A stretch of 24,000 bases of DNA from Nitrospirota bacterium (GCA_963790025.1 CAWBMP010000005.1:271508-295507); one strand, 5' to 3'; shown: positions 1-7,929, numbered from the stretch's first letter. Numbers and translations are program-made. Notes: a model not told the origin generated them from the letters alone.

Positions 1-1169
1 CCTTCCCTGTCAATGGCCCATTCAATATCCTGAGGTTGCCGGAAATAGTTTTCAATTTCCGAGGCCTGTCTCGCAAGTTCCGATACCTGTTCCGAAGATA
101 ATGAACTTTCATCAACCATCCCGGCAGGGACCCCCGTTATGGTTGTACCACCCTGGTTGCCGCCCACGACCATCGAGGTCTTTTTACCCGGTCTTTTATC
201 TATTATTTCAGGGAACAAACCTTTTCTTACAACGTAAAAGTCCGCATCTGTCCGGCCTTCAACTACTGACGTGCCCAGTCCCCATGTTGAATTTACAATG
301 ATCGTACCTTCATCCCCATTCGGGTTCGTCGAATAAATAACCCCGCTCACAGCCGCATCGACCATGACCATGCAACCAACCGCCATCTTTATGCTTCCTA
401 TCTCACTTCCCAGTTGCTGAAGATATGCAGCGGCTTTATCCGAAAACAGGCTTGCGATGACGCGCTTATACGCGTCCTGTACTGCACTGCCGTCCAAAGG
501 CACATTCAGGACAGTTTCAAACTGTCCGGCAAACGAAAATTCGCCGTCCTCCAGCTGACCGCTGCTCCTGACAGCAAGAAAACATGTATTTCCGTGGGTC
601 GCCCTGAGCACTGACAGGGCACTATCAAGAACGTGTTCAAGGACAGGCGGAAAACTGCCGTTAATGATCGAAGTGTATATTTCATTTAATAACGGCGCAG
701 GCGTGTCGCTTCCGCCCAATGCCGAAATCTTTTTGTCGATGCCATTATGCCTTATAAACTCATTGTAAGCGGAGCATGTTATGGCAAAGGCATCAGGGAT
801 GTTGAGGGAAGTATTATTTTTCAGTTCAGCGAGATTGGCATTTTTGCCGCCGACCTCATGCGCCATGCTATGGGCAAGCTCACTATAAGGCAGCACCAAT
901 TCCCTTCTCAAGACTTCCTCATCGTAAACATGCAGCCTGATTTCTTTATCGATGGCACTCAATACATTTTTGAGATGAGGATACTTATTCTGTGTGAGGG
1001 CATTGAAGCTTGAGAGAGAATCCGAGAGCTTATCATACAGCAAGGAGTAGGTGTCCCTTATATAAATCACATCGAATATGTAGTCGCCCCCGAGTTTGTC
1101 GCCCATATCAGCGATAATCTCAATCGCCTTATTATGGGATTCGAGGACCTGCCGGAAACGGTCGAACAT
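1..1169 (-). CDS. PEP-utilising enzyme family protein (PEP synthase / pyruvate phosphate dikinase-like, N-terminal ATP-grasp PPDK_N domain). It is partial: the C-terminal part lies beyond the left edge of the window.
   Basis: It is absent from the ORF track because no stop codon falls inside the window. My manual reverse translation is open in one frame from 1277 down to base 1. It reads ...AHSMAHEVGGKNANLAELKNN..., ...VRSSGQLEDGEFSFAGQFETVLNV... and ...FRQPQDIEWAIDREG. These match the hallmark motifs of the PEP synthase/PPDK nucleotide-binding domain (GGKxAxLxE; VRSSxxxED...SFAGQxxTxLNV; DIEWA). In-frame ATGs lie at 1169 and 1277, with an in-frame TAA at 1278-1280. I could not decide between the two starts. 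Confidence 0.75.
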   Translation of the reverse strand, partial: MFDRFRQVLESHNKAIEIIADMGDKLGGDYIFDVIYIRDTYSLLYDKLSDSLSSFNALTQNKYPHLKNVLSAIDKEIRLHVYDEEVLRRELVLPYSELAHSMAHEVGGKNANLAELKNNTSLNIPDAFAITCSAYNEFIRHNGIDKKISALGGSDTPAPLLNEIYTSIINGSFPPVLEHVLDSALSVLRATHGNTCFLAVRSSGQLEDGEFSFAGQFETVLNVPLDGSAVQDAYKRVIASLFSDKAAAYLQQLGSEIGSIKMAVGCMVMVDAAVSGVIYSTNPNGDEGTIIVNSTWGLGTSVVEGRTDADFYVVRKGLFPEIIDKRPGKKTSMVVGGNQGGTTITGVPAGMVDESSLSSEQVSELARQASEIENYFRQPQDIEWAIDRE

Positions 1170-1273
1170 GACCTTGAACGGGATAGGGCGGGCGGGGAAT
1201 AGTTTCCGTAGTGAATCTGTAAATGAGTGTATTAGCGAATGAGTTAACTTCAGGTCAGCGTTTTGTTTCTCAC

Positions 1274-1330
1274 TCATTTACCCGTTCACCCATTTACCCG
1301 TTCACCCATTTACCCATTCACTCATTAACT
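1274..1330. repeat. Tandem direct repeat with a 16-bp period and about 3.5 units (plus-strand unit CATTTACCCGTTCACC).
   Basis: Read directly from the sequence: tcatttacccgttcac / ccatttacccgttcac / ccatttacccattcac / tcattaactcatc. It lies between the stop of the receiver gene (1333) and the PEP-utilising gene. Confidence 0.85.
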
Positions 1331-1332
1331 CA

Positions 1333-1695
1333 TCAGCTCAGGGCGCGCTGTATCGATGCCTTCAGTTCTTTTATCTTTACCGGCTTTGGGAAAAAATCGT
1401 GGACGTCTCCCCTCAATGCCTCTATGGCGGTATCAAGGTTTGCAAATGCAGTAATCATTATAACCTTAATGTCAGGGTAAAGACGTTTTATGGTCCTCAG
1501 AATTTCCATACCGTCTATCCCCTTCATTTTAAAGTCGGTAACTACCACATCGAACTTCTGTTCGCCTAATCGCGCCAGTGCCGGCTCTCCATTTAAAAAA
1601 GTCTCGACTGTATAGCCTTCCTGTTCAAGAGAGAGCTTCGCCATGTCGCCAACAATTTTCTCGTCATCGATAATCATGATTCTGTGATTGCTCAT
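1333..1695 (-). CDS. Stand-alone response regulator receiver protein (CheY-like, no output domain).
   Basis: 120 aa ORF. Receiver signature residues are present: IIDDE, VVVTDFKMKGIDG (phospho-acceptor Asp), MITAF and FPKPV (conserved Lys). A GAGGAGG Shine-Dalgarno site sits 5 nt upstream of the ATG. Confidence 0.92.
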   Translation of the reverse strand: MSNHRIMIIDDEKIVGDMAKLSLEQEGYTVETFLNGEPALARLGEQKFDVVVTDFKMKGIDGMEILRTIKRLYPDIKVIMITAFANLDTAIEALRGDVHDFFPKPVKIKELKASIQRALS

Positions 1696-1711
1696 TTGGT
1701 CCTCCTCTAAT

Positions 1712-1784
1712 GCGTCGAGCGTTGTGCTGAGAGCATCAAACGACTTTCGACGGCAGTTGGCGCTTAACGCTCAGCGCTCGACGC
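1712..1784 (-). promoter_or_regulatory. Long-range intercistronic stem between the 3' end of the kinase gene and the receiver ribosome-binding site.
   Basis: gcgtcgagcg (1712-1721) is the exact reverse complement of cgctcgacgc (1775-1784). ctgag (1727-1731) pairs with ctcag (1770-1774). That gives 10+5 bp with a small bulge. On the mRNA the 3' arm ends 4 nt before the receiver SD (1701-1707). Confidence 0.4.
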
Positions 1785-3182
1785 CTGACACTCTTTATGT
1801 ACAGGCAATTCTATAGTAAAGGTGGTGCCTACTCCAACTTTGCTTTCCACCCTGATATCTCCCTGATGGTTCTTGATGATTCCGTAGCTGACCGAGAGCC
1901 CGAGGCCTGTTCCGCCTTCTCCTTTTGTGCTGAAAAAAGGGTCGAATATATGAAGCAGAAATTCGGAAGGTATGCCTTTTCCGGTATCCATCACCGTAAT
2001 CTCCACGGACCCTCCGGCGCTTCCGCATCTGGTCGACATAAAAAGCTTCCCGCCATCATGCATGGCCTGGACTGCATTGGTCACAAGATTTACCAGCACC
2101 TGCTGTATCTGGTACTGATCAATAAATACATGTGGAAGGTCCTCGGCAAGGGTCAGTTTTGTCTCGATGTTTGAGATGTCGAGCATATTTTGCACAAGTT
2201 TGAGCGTTTTTTGAACAACTTTATTGATGTCGCTCTCTTTCAGGTTCGCCTCTTTGGGTTTTGAGAAATCGAGGAGGTTTTTTATGATCTCTTTTATCCT
2301 TTCGGTTTCATTCTCCACCTTGGCCATGAATTCAATCCTCTGAGTCTCATCCAGACTATCGTAAAGTTCCATATAGGTCTGTGCTATCATGGAAATGTTA
2401 TTCACCGGATTAGTCAATTCGTGTGCCACCCCGGCGGTCAGGATGCCCAGGGATGCAAGCTTTTTTGCCTGGATCAGCGCTTCTTCACGGTTCTGCAGTT
2501 CGTAAGACATGGCATTTATTGCAGCCATAACCAGACCGAATTCATCATCGGGAAGCGCACTCTCGATTCTGCTGAAATTCCCGTCGGATATCGATTTTGC
2601 GATTTTCTCGATTTCTCTTAGTGAGACGCGAATTTGCCGCGATATAAAATGGCTCACAAAAACAGCGCCTATAAGCACCGCGCAAAAAGAGAAAATAAGT
2701 ATGCTCTTCGATTTCGATATGATTTTGTTTACGCCTTCCCGCTCAAGGCGGGTAGTGGCGCTCGAAAATTCCCGCAGCCTCTGGCCTTCCGCCCTGAATT
2801 TTGCGTCAAGAGAGGTATCGCCATGAGGGTTTTTTTCCTCTTCTTCCACAAGATCGGAATAATTTTTCAGGTCTGATTTAAGCTTTGCAAAGTTCTCTGC
2901 CCCGATAGCACGGATGATATCCGGCCTCTCACTCTCCAGAAGCAGCCCGGCGCTCTCTATTTTTTCTTTAATGTCGAGAAGAAAACTTTCTTTATGATAA
3001 AGGAAATAGTTTTTTTCGGAAAGGCGCATTTCGAGAAAAGATGCATTCAGATCGTCCGCTATCTCAACAAATCTCAGCTTCGTCAAAATGAGATTGAGGT
3101 TCTGCAAGGCAAAAAGACCGATCCCTAAAATCAGCCCGAAAATGAATATATTGGTAAGTATGTTTTTATTTTTTATCTTCAT
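1764..3182 (-). CDS. Membrane sensor histidine kinase: 2 TM helices with a roughly 130 aa extracytoplasmic domain, then HAMP, HisKA and HATPase_c.
   Basis: 472 aa ORF. Hydrophobic segments are NIFIFGLILGIGLFAL and ILIFSFCAVLIGAVFV. The H-box is GVAHELTNPVNNI, the N-box VNLVTNAVQAM, G1 MDTGKGI, F FDPFFSTK and G2 GTGLGLSVS. Confidence 0.92.
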   Translation of the reverse strand: MKIKNKNILTNIFIFGLILGIGLFALQNLNLILTKLRFVEIADDLNASFLEMRLSEKNYFLYHKESFLLDIKEKIESAGLLLESERPDIIRAIGAENFAKLKSDLKNYSDLVEEEEKNPHGDTSLDAKFRAEGQRLREFSSATTRLEREGVNKIISKSKSILIFSFCAVLIGAVFVSHFISRQIRVSLREIEKIAKSISDGNFSRIESALPDDEFGLVMAAINAMSYELQNREEALIQAKKLASLGILTAGVAHELTNPVNNISMIAQTYMELYDSLDETQRIEFMAKVENETERIKEIIKNLLDFSKPKEANLKESDINKVVQKTLKLVQNMLDISNIETKLTLAEDLPHVFIDQYQIQQVLVNLVTNAVQAMHDGGKLFMSTRCGSAGGSVEITVMDTGKGIPSEFLLHIFDPFFSTKGEGGTGLGLSVSYGIIKNHQGDIRVESKVGVGTTFTIELPVHKECQASSAER

Positions 3183-3236
3183 ATCTTCGAAAAACCTCTA
3201 TCTTTCCCTCTGCCTGTCTTATCTCTTTTACCTGTC

Positions 3237-4442
3237 TTATTGTGGTACAGGGCAGCGTGGGATTTCTGCCTGCTCCTTTCTTACCGGCATATACCACAGC
3301 CAGCCGTCCACTATCATCAGTATACCTGCAGCAATTAAAAAAGCGTCGATGGCTGTCAGAATGCTGAAGCCGAAATAGTGCATGAGACCCAACCCCAGGC
3401 TGGCAAAGGAAACTCCGGTCCTGATAAAGGCGAGTCCGGTCCTCGCCCTGGCATATAAAGTACGATAGCATGCGGCAACTGTACGTTGTGCGGCCAGAAC
3501 GTTTCTTTCCCGCGCAAGATGGGTCCGTTCCCTGCTGGAAGGCGACGGATACAAAATAGTGCAGTGATCCGCAAGAAAATCGCCGAGACGGGCAAGCATA
3601 GTCTGCCCTGCCGGCAGATGAGTTCCGGGTTGGTCAATAAAATGATAGTTCTCAAGAAACTGGATCGTTGCCGCCGTTACTTCGACAAGCGTCTGGTCTC
3701 CGGGCGGCTTCATCCTTGACTTCCTTATTTTCAAATAACCGGTCAACCCGAAAAGAGCAAGAAAAAACCCTCCGGCCATAACACCATATAAATAAAAAAC
3801 ACGACTCGATTTAAAAGAACGAATCAGTATATCAGATACAGCAATAAGCCGCAATCCCCATCTGAGGAAAGAAAAGTCAGTCCTGGCCATTGCCAGGTCG
3901 GTCCTGTAGCACGCCAGCCGCGTCCTCCATTGCGCCATAGTATTGCGCCAAAATGCAAGTCCTGTCCTTTCGGTCCCGATAAGATAACCTGGTTTTTCAT
4001 GCAGAAAGTCCTGGATGAACCATTGTATGTCCTCTCCAAGCGCCACCCAGAATTCATATTTTTCAGCTTTAATAAACTTTTTTACCTCATCATGCACTGT
4101 GGGGTCTGACGGATTATTCGCAGCCACAACCACCGTATTGCCGTCTCTAATGATCGGAAACCACTGATTTATCGACAGTCGTTCACCATCCAAACCTGCG
4201 AGCAGTTCCGGCGGTATCGGCATTCGCTCATCATATTCCACAAAAGGGCACTGGTAATAATTTGAAAGTGCCTGCAGCAGAATATGCTTTGGGATGCGAT
4301 ACTCCGCGATAAGTACACTTTCCAGATCGATACCTCTGGCGGAAGCGGCACGCTCGGCTTCACAAAGTCTGTCCCGGGTCAGTACGCCCCAACTGATCAG
4401 GTCATTAAACTTATTGGAAGCGATACTATCAACGCTCATCAT
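3237..4442 (-). CDS. Membrane protein, paralogue 3: GspE-N/MshEN-like N-terminal domain plus 2 DUF202-type units.
   Basis: The ORF track gives 3237..4514. The other two paralogues begin MLxNKFERL, which aligns with MMSVDSIASNKFNDL, so I prefer the ATG at 4442 (or 4439). That start gives a 14-nt overlap with the stop of the upstream gene (ATGATGAGCGTTGA). Motifs: ...YYQCPFVEYDE..., ...WFPII..NNPSDPTV..., and two RT-heptad plus two-TM units (ERTGLAFWRNTMAQWRTRLACYRT...; ERTHLARERNVLAAQRTVAACYRTLYARARTGLAFIRTG...DGWLWYMPVRK). Confidence 0.8.
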   Translation of the reverse strand: MMSVDSIASNKFNDLISWGVLTRDRLCEAERAASARGIDLESVLIAEYRIPKHILLQALSNYYQCPFVEYDERMPIPPELLAGLDGERLSINQWFPIIRDGNTVVVAANNPSDPTVHDEVKKFIKAEKYEFWVALGEDIQWFIQDFLHEKPGYLIGTERTGLAFWRNTMAQWRTRLACYRTDLAMARTDFSFLRWGLRLIAVSDILIRSFKSSRVFYLYGVMAGGFFLALFGLTGYLKIRKSRMKPPGDQTLVEVTAATIQFLENYHFIDQPGTHLPAGQTMLARLGDFLADHCTILYPSPSSRERTHLARERNVLAAQRTVAACYRTLYARARTGLAFIRTGVSFASLGLGLMHYFGFSILTAIDAFLIAAGILMIVDGWLWYMPVRKEQAEIPRCPVPQ

Positions 4443-6135
4443 TACTGAAGACCACCTTTTTCCACGAACGGGCCGGTATGCCGTAATCAGGGATAATAAG
4501 CTCCATCTGTCCATAACAATACGGGTACTGCTTTCTTATTTTTTCTGCCGGAAAATGCCAGTAAAACCCATCGGCAATCAGTGTCAATCCAACCACTATC
4601 AGCAACATGTTAAATATAGACCATGCAGCATTGCCCGCACCAAAGAAAACCATGAGTTCCATGCCGACGGCAGTTATGCCTACTCCTGTTCTGATAAAAG
4701 CCAGTCCGGTCCTTGACCGTGCCATTACTGTCCGCAGTCGCGCCATCACATTTCTCCGGTCGGCGAGCATGGTCCTTTCGAGAGCAAGCCCTGTAGTAGC
4801 CCATATACCCGGTGCATGGGACGGCCTGACAGGCGGAACACACTTGTAATCCGAAGCGGGATGTTTTAACGCCGGAGGAAAAACAAAATCCCAAATAGTC
4901 TGTTTAGTCTGCGTATTCCTGACTGCATTAAAACTTATAGAACCGGCACGGCGGCCCGGGAGATACCAGTAAAAACCCTCTGCAGCCATGGCAATACCGC
5001 TAATAATAAGAGCGACATCAAAGAAAGTCCACGGTCCTGGACGGAACTGACGCAATAACCCAATACCGAATCCTATAAAGGCAACACCTGTCCTCGAAAA
5101 AGCCAATCCGGTGCGCGCCCTTGCCATTTTTGTTCTGTAGCATGCCAGCACAGTCCTCTCCTCGGCAAAGTCCGTTCTATCGCTGGCAAGGAACCTGCGT
5201 CTCATAACCGGGGAGAGGTTGTTCCAGTACGAACGCAGGACTGCCGCATCTTGCACATAGCCGGTACGTTCAAAGAGAGGATTGTCACCAGGATTCACGA
5301 CTTTAAGAACAGTGGTCCCCCATGTCGCTTCAGTACCTCCGAAATCATATAATTTTCTCCCTGATTTTCGGGTAGGGATATACCACCGCAGGCCGTCGAC
5401 GGTCATAACCACGCCTGAAATGAACAGTGCCGCTTCAAATACCGTTAATAGCCCTATACCTAAAATTCTGAAAAGCACGATAGCGACCGCCATAAAAGAT
5501 ATCCCGGTCCGGAGAAAGGCCAGTCCGGTCCTTCCTTTTGCCAGGGACGTTCTGGTACATGCCAGCAAAGAGCGCCTGTCCGCCAGAAATGTTCTCACTT
5601 TTGCAAGGGGCGTCCTGCCTGCCGCTGGGGGGAAATGAGGATTGACATCAAAGTTGTGTTCTATGATCCTTACAACGTCTGAAGGCAGAGCAATAACGAA
5701 ATGGATATTCTCAACTCGAAGTTTATCTTTAATGTCCTGAATTACATCAGGGTCGGAAGGATCATATACAATCACTTCGGCCTGCATTCCCCCGACGTAA
5801 TAGGGAAACCAGAGTTTGCGTTTCAGGTCCTCCATATTCAGACGCATGGTAATAAAATAGGAAGACAAGCCGCTCTCATCATATTCTATAAAAGGGAAAT
5901 CGAGATGCCTGGTGAATGCCATCCGGGAAGGTATCACAGTCTCGTCGTATTCGACAAAAGGACACATGTAAAATTCGGAAAGGCAGAACAATATCTCGTG
6001 TTTGGGAACTCCCTTTTCAATCAAACATTCCTCAGGATACTTTCCCGCAGCAAATGAATCCCTTATGCAGTTATCCAGTTCATTTTCGGTGAGGATGCCT
6101 CTTCTTATAAGCCGTTCAAATTTATTGTTTAACAT
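4429..6135 (-). CDS. Membrane protein, paralogue 2: GspE-N/MshEN-like N-terminal domain plus 3 DUF202-type units.
   Basis: 568 aa ORF. N-terminal motifs are KFERLIRRGILTENELD, GVPKHEILFCLSEFYMCPFVEYDE, WFP, DPSDPDV and ALPSDVVRIIEHNF. It then has three repeats of an (x-R-T-x-L-A-x)n ladder, each followed by two hydrophobic helices ending DGLRWYIPTRK / EGFYWYLPGRR / DGFYWHFPAEK. Confidence 0.87.
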   Translation of the reverse strand: MLNNKFERLIRRGILTENELDNCIRDSFAAGKYPEECLIEKGVPKHEILFCLSEFYMCPFVEYDETVIPSRMAFTRHLDFPFIEYDESGLSSYFITMRLNMEDLKRKLWFPYYVGGMQAEVIVYDPSDPDVIQDIKDKLRVENIHFVIALPSDVVRIIEHNFDVNPHFPPAAGRTPLAKVRTFLADRRSLLACTRTSLAKGRTGLAFLRTGISFMAVAIVLFRILGIGLLTVFEAALFISGVVMTVDGLRWYIPTRKSGRKLYDFGGTEATWGTTVLKVVNPGDNPLFERTGYVQDAAVLRSYWNNLSPVMRRRFLASDRTDFAEERTVLACYRTKMARARTGLAFSRTGVAFIGFGIGLLRQFRPGPWTFFDVALIISGIAMAAEGFYWYLPGRRAGSISFNAVRNTQTKQTIWDFVFPPALKHPASDYKCVPPVRPSHAPGIWATTGLALERTMLADRRNVMARLRTVMARSRTGLAFIRTGVGITAVGMELMVFFGAGNAAWSIFNMLLIVVGLTLIADGFYWHFPAEKIRKQYPYCYGQMELIIPDYGIPARSWKKVVFSNDER

Positions 6136-6223
6136 AGTATATAAAGCCCAGAAACTTCATTATTATAAATTATAGCCATATTAATAATAAAATTTTTTCT
6201 CTTCCGGGCAAGGCTCCATATTT

Positions 6224-7867
6224 TTAGCCGCTCTCATCGGTCCTGAACACCACCTTTTTCCATAAACGGGCCGGTTTGCCATAATCAGGTATTATAAGTT
6301 CCATGTCTCCATAGCAGTAGGGGTACTGCTTTCTTATTTTCTCGGCTGGGATGTGCCAATAGAAACCATCAGCAATAAGAGCCAATCCAACCACTATCAA
6401 TAATATGTTGAATATCGTCCACGCGATATTGCCGGCACCGAAATAAACAAGGAGTTCCGTTCCTACCGCAGATACGCCTACCCCGGTTCTGACCAGCGCC
6501 AGACCGGTCCTTGACCGGGTCATTACCGTTCGCAGCCTTAACATTACGTTTCTCCTGTCGGCAAGCATAGTCCTCTCAAGAGCAAGGCCCGTAGTAGCCC
6601 AGATCCCCGGCTCACTGGACGGCCTGACGTTCAGAACGCACTTGTAGTCAGAACCTGGTTGCTTTAGCGCATGAGGAAAGGCAAGGTCCCATATATTCTG
6701 TTTACCCTCTGATTTGCGGACCGACTTGAAGCTCATCGAACCGGCACGGCGGCCCGGAAAATACCAGTAAAAGCCCTCTGCCGCCATTGCGAGGCCCACA
6801 GCGACAAGCGCTGCATCAAAAAAAGTCCAGGGACCGGGACGGAACTGGCGTAATAGCGCAATGCCGAACCCGATAAAGACAATTCCAGTCCTTGCAAATG
6901 CCAACCCTGTGCGCGCCCTCGCCATTGTTGTCCATAAGCACACGTGCGTCGTCCTTTCCTCGGCAAAATCGGTCCTGTCGCTCGAAAAAAACCTGCGCCG
7001 CATTACCGGAGACAGATTGTTCCATCGGGAACGCAACAACGCCGCACCTTCCACGTGACCTGTTCGTGTAAAAAGAGGGTCGTCACCGGGGTCCGTCATT
7101 TTAAGGACAGTAGTTCCCCAAGTCGGTTCAGTTGCAGTAAAATCAAAAACTCTTCTCCCTGTTTTTCGTGCGGGGATATACCATAAAAGGCCGTCATAAA
7201 TCATGAGTATGCCCGAAATGAACAATGCCCCTTCAAAAAAAACCGAAAGCCCCATACCGAAAACCCTGAAAAGAACAACCGCGATGGCCATAAAAGCCAT
7301 ACCGGTGCGTATAAAGGCCAGTCCGGTCCTCCCTTTTGCCAGGGACGTCCTGGTACAAGTCATCAAAGAGCGCCTGTCAGCCAGAAATGTCCTCACTTTC
7401 GCCAGAGGCGTCCTGCCGGCTGAGAATGGGAAATGAGGATTCACATCAAAGTTGTGTTCGATAATCCGAATAAGGTCCGAAGGCAGAGCAACAATAAAAT
7501 TGACCTCCCGAACTCCAAGTGTGGCTTCGACATCCTCCATGACATCAGGGTCGAAAGGATGACACGCAATAACCTCGGCACGGCCTTTGCTGACGGCGAG
7601 AGGAAACCAGAGATTTCGTTTGAGTTTCTCCATATTGAGACGCCTGGTGAGAAAAAAAGAGGCGATGACGCTCTCATCATATTCGACAAAAGGACAACTA
7701 TAGAACTCAGTCAGCGAGAACAATATCTCGTGTTTCGGGACACCCCTTTCAATCAGCCATTCTTCAAGAAGCCTACCTGCCGCTGCGGACTCTCTGATAT
7801 TTTCATCCAATTCCTTTTCGGTGAGAATACCATTTTTTAAAAGTCTCTCGAATTTGTTTTTTAACAT
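6224..7867 (-). CDS. Membrane protein, paralogue 1: GspE-N/MshEN-like N-terminal domain plus 3 DUF202-type units.
   Basis: 547 aa ORF, collinear with and highly similar to paralogue 2 along its whole length. It has the same N-terminal motifs, the same three RT-ladder/two-TM units, and the same C-terminal tail KIRKQYPYCYGxMELIIPDYG. Confidence 0.87.
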   Translation of the reverse strand: MLKNKFERLLKNGILTEKELDENIRESAAAGRLLEEWLIERGVPKHEILFSLTEFYSCPFVEYDESVIASFFLTRRLNMEKLKRNLWFPLAVSKGRAEVIACHPFDPDVMEDVEATLGVREVNFIVALPSDLIRIIEHNFDVNPHFPFSAGRTPLAKVRTFLADRRSLMTCTRTSLAKGRTGLAFIRTGMAFMAIAVVLFRVFGMGLSVFFEGALFISGILMIYDGLLWYIPARKTGRRVFDFTATEPTWGTTVLKMTDPGDDPLFTRTGHVEGAALLRSRWNNLSPVMRRRFFSSDRTDFAEERTTHVCLWTTMARARTGLAFARTGIVFIGFGIALLRQFRPGPWTFFDAALVAVGLAMAAEGFYWYFPGRRAGSMSFKSVRKSEGKQNIWDLAFPHALKQPGSDYKCVLNVRPSSEPGIWATTGLALERTMLADRRNVMLRLRTVMTRSRTGLALVRTGVGVSAVGTELLVYFGAGNIAWTIFNILLIVVGLALIADGFYWHIPAEKIRKQYPYCYGDMELIIPDYGKPARLWKKVVFRTDESG

Positions 7868-7901
7868 AATAATTAATGATTAATGATAATTAATGCGTCA
7901 G

Positions 7902-7929
7902 GCAGCGCGCGTTGAATGTCGCGCGCTGC
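7902..7929. other. GC-rich perfect hairpin (10-bp stem, 8-nt loop) in the divergent intergenic region upstream of paralogue 1.
   Basis: gcagcgcgcg (7902-7911), loop ttgaatgt, then cgcgcgctgc (7920-7929). It is flanked on the gene side by AT-rich ATTAATGA-type repeats (7871-7895). Confidence 0.6.

Larger units (their letters stand above)
4429..7867. repeat. Tandem direct duplication at the DNA level: two gene copies of roughly 1.65-1.7 kb (paralogues 1 and 2).
   Basis: Long stretches align by eye. For example, 4445-4830 versus 6240-6625 share runs such as gggtactgctttcttatttt, caatccaaccactatca, ccggtccttgaccg and cccgtagtagccca / ccctgtagtagccca. Identity is high but clearly not 100 percent. 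Confidence 0.8.

Noticed and set aside
4443-4514. The 24-codon N-terminal extension of paralogue 3 given by the ORF track (MDRWSLLSLITAYRPVRGKRWSSV...).
   Set aside because: It would overlap the upstream gene by 86 nt and has no counterpart in the other two paralogues. The ATG at 4442 or 4439 aligns with their N-termini.
6136-6223. Possible sigma54 promoter (TGGAGCCTTGC on the minus strand) or internal promoter in the 88-nt AT-rich spacer between paralogues 1 and 2.
   Set aside because: The GG-to-GC spacing is too short for the -24/-12 geometry, and no other convincing element is present.
4294-7840. Plus-strand ORFs inside the paralogue genes: 4294..4716, 5282..5638, 5701..6057, 7203..7436 and 7433..7840.
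   Set aside because: They occur in matched pairs simply because the underlying minus-strand genes are duplicated. The minus-strand products have coherent repeated domain structure, and the plus-strand ones do not.
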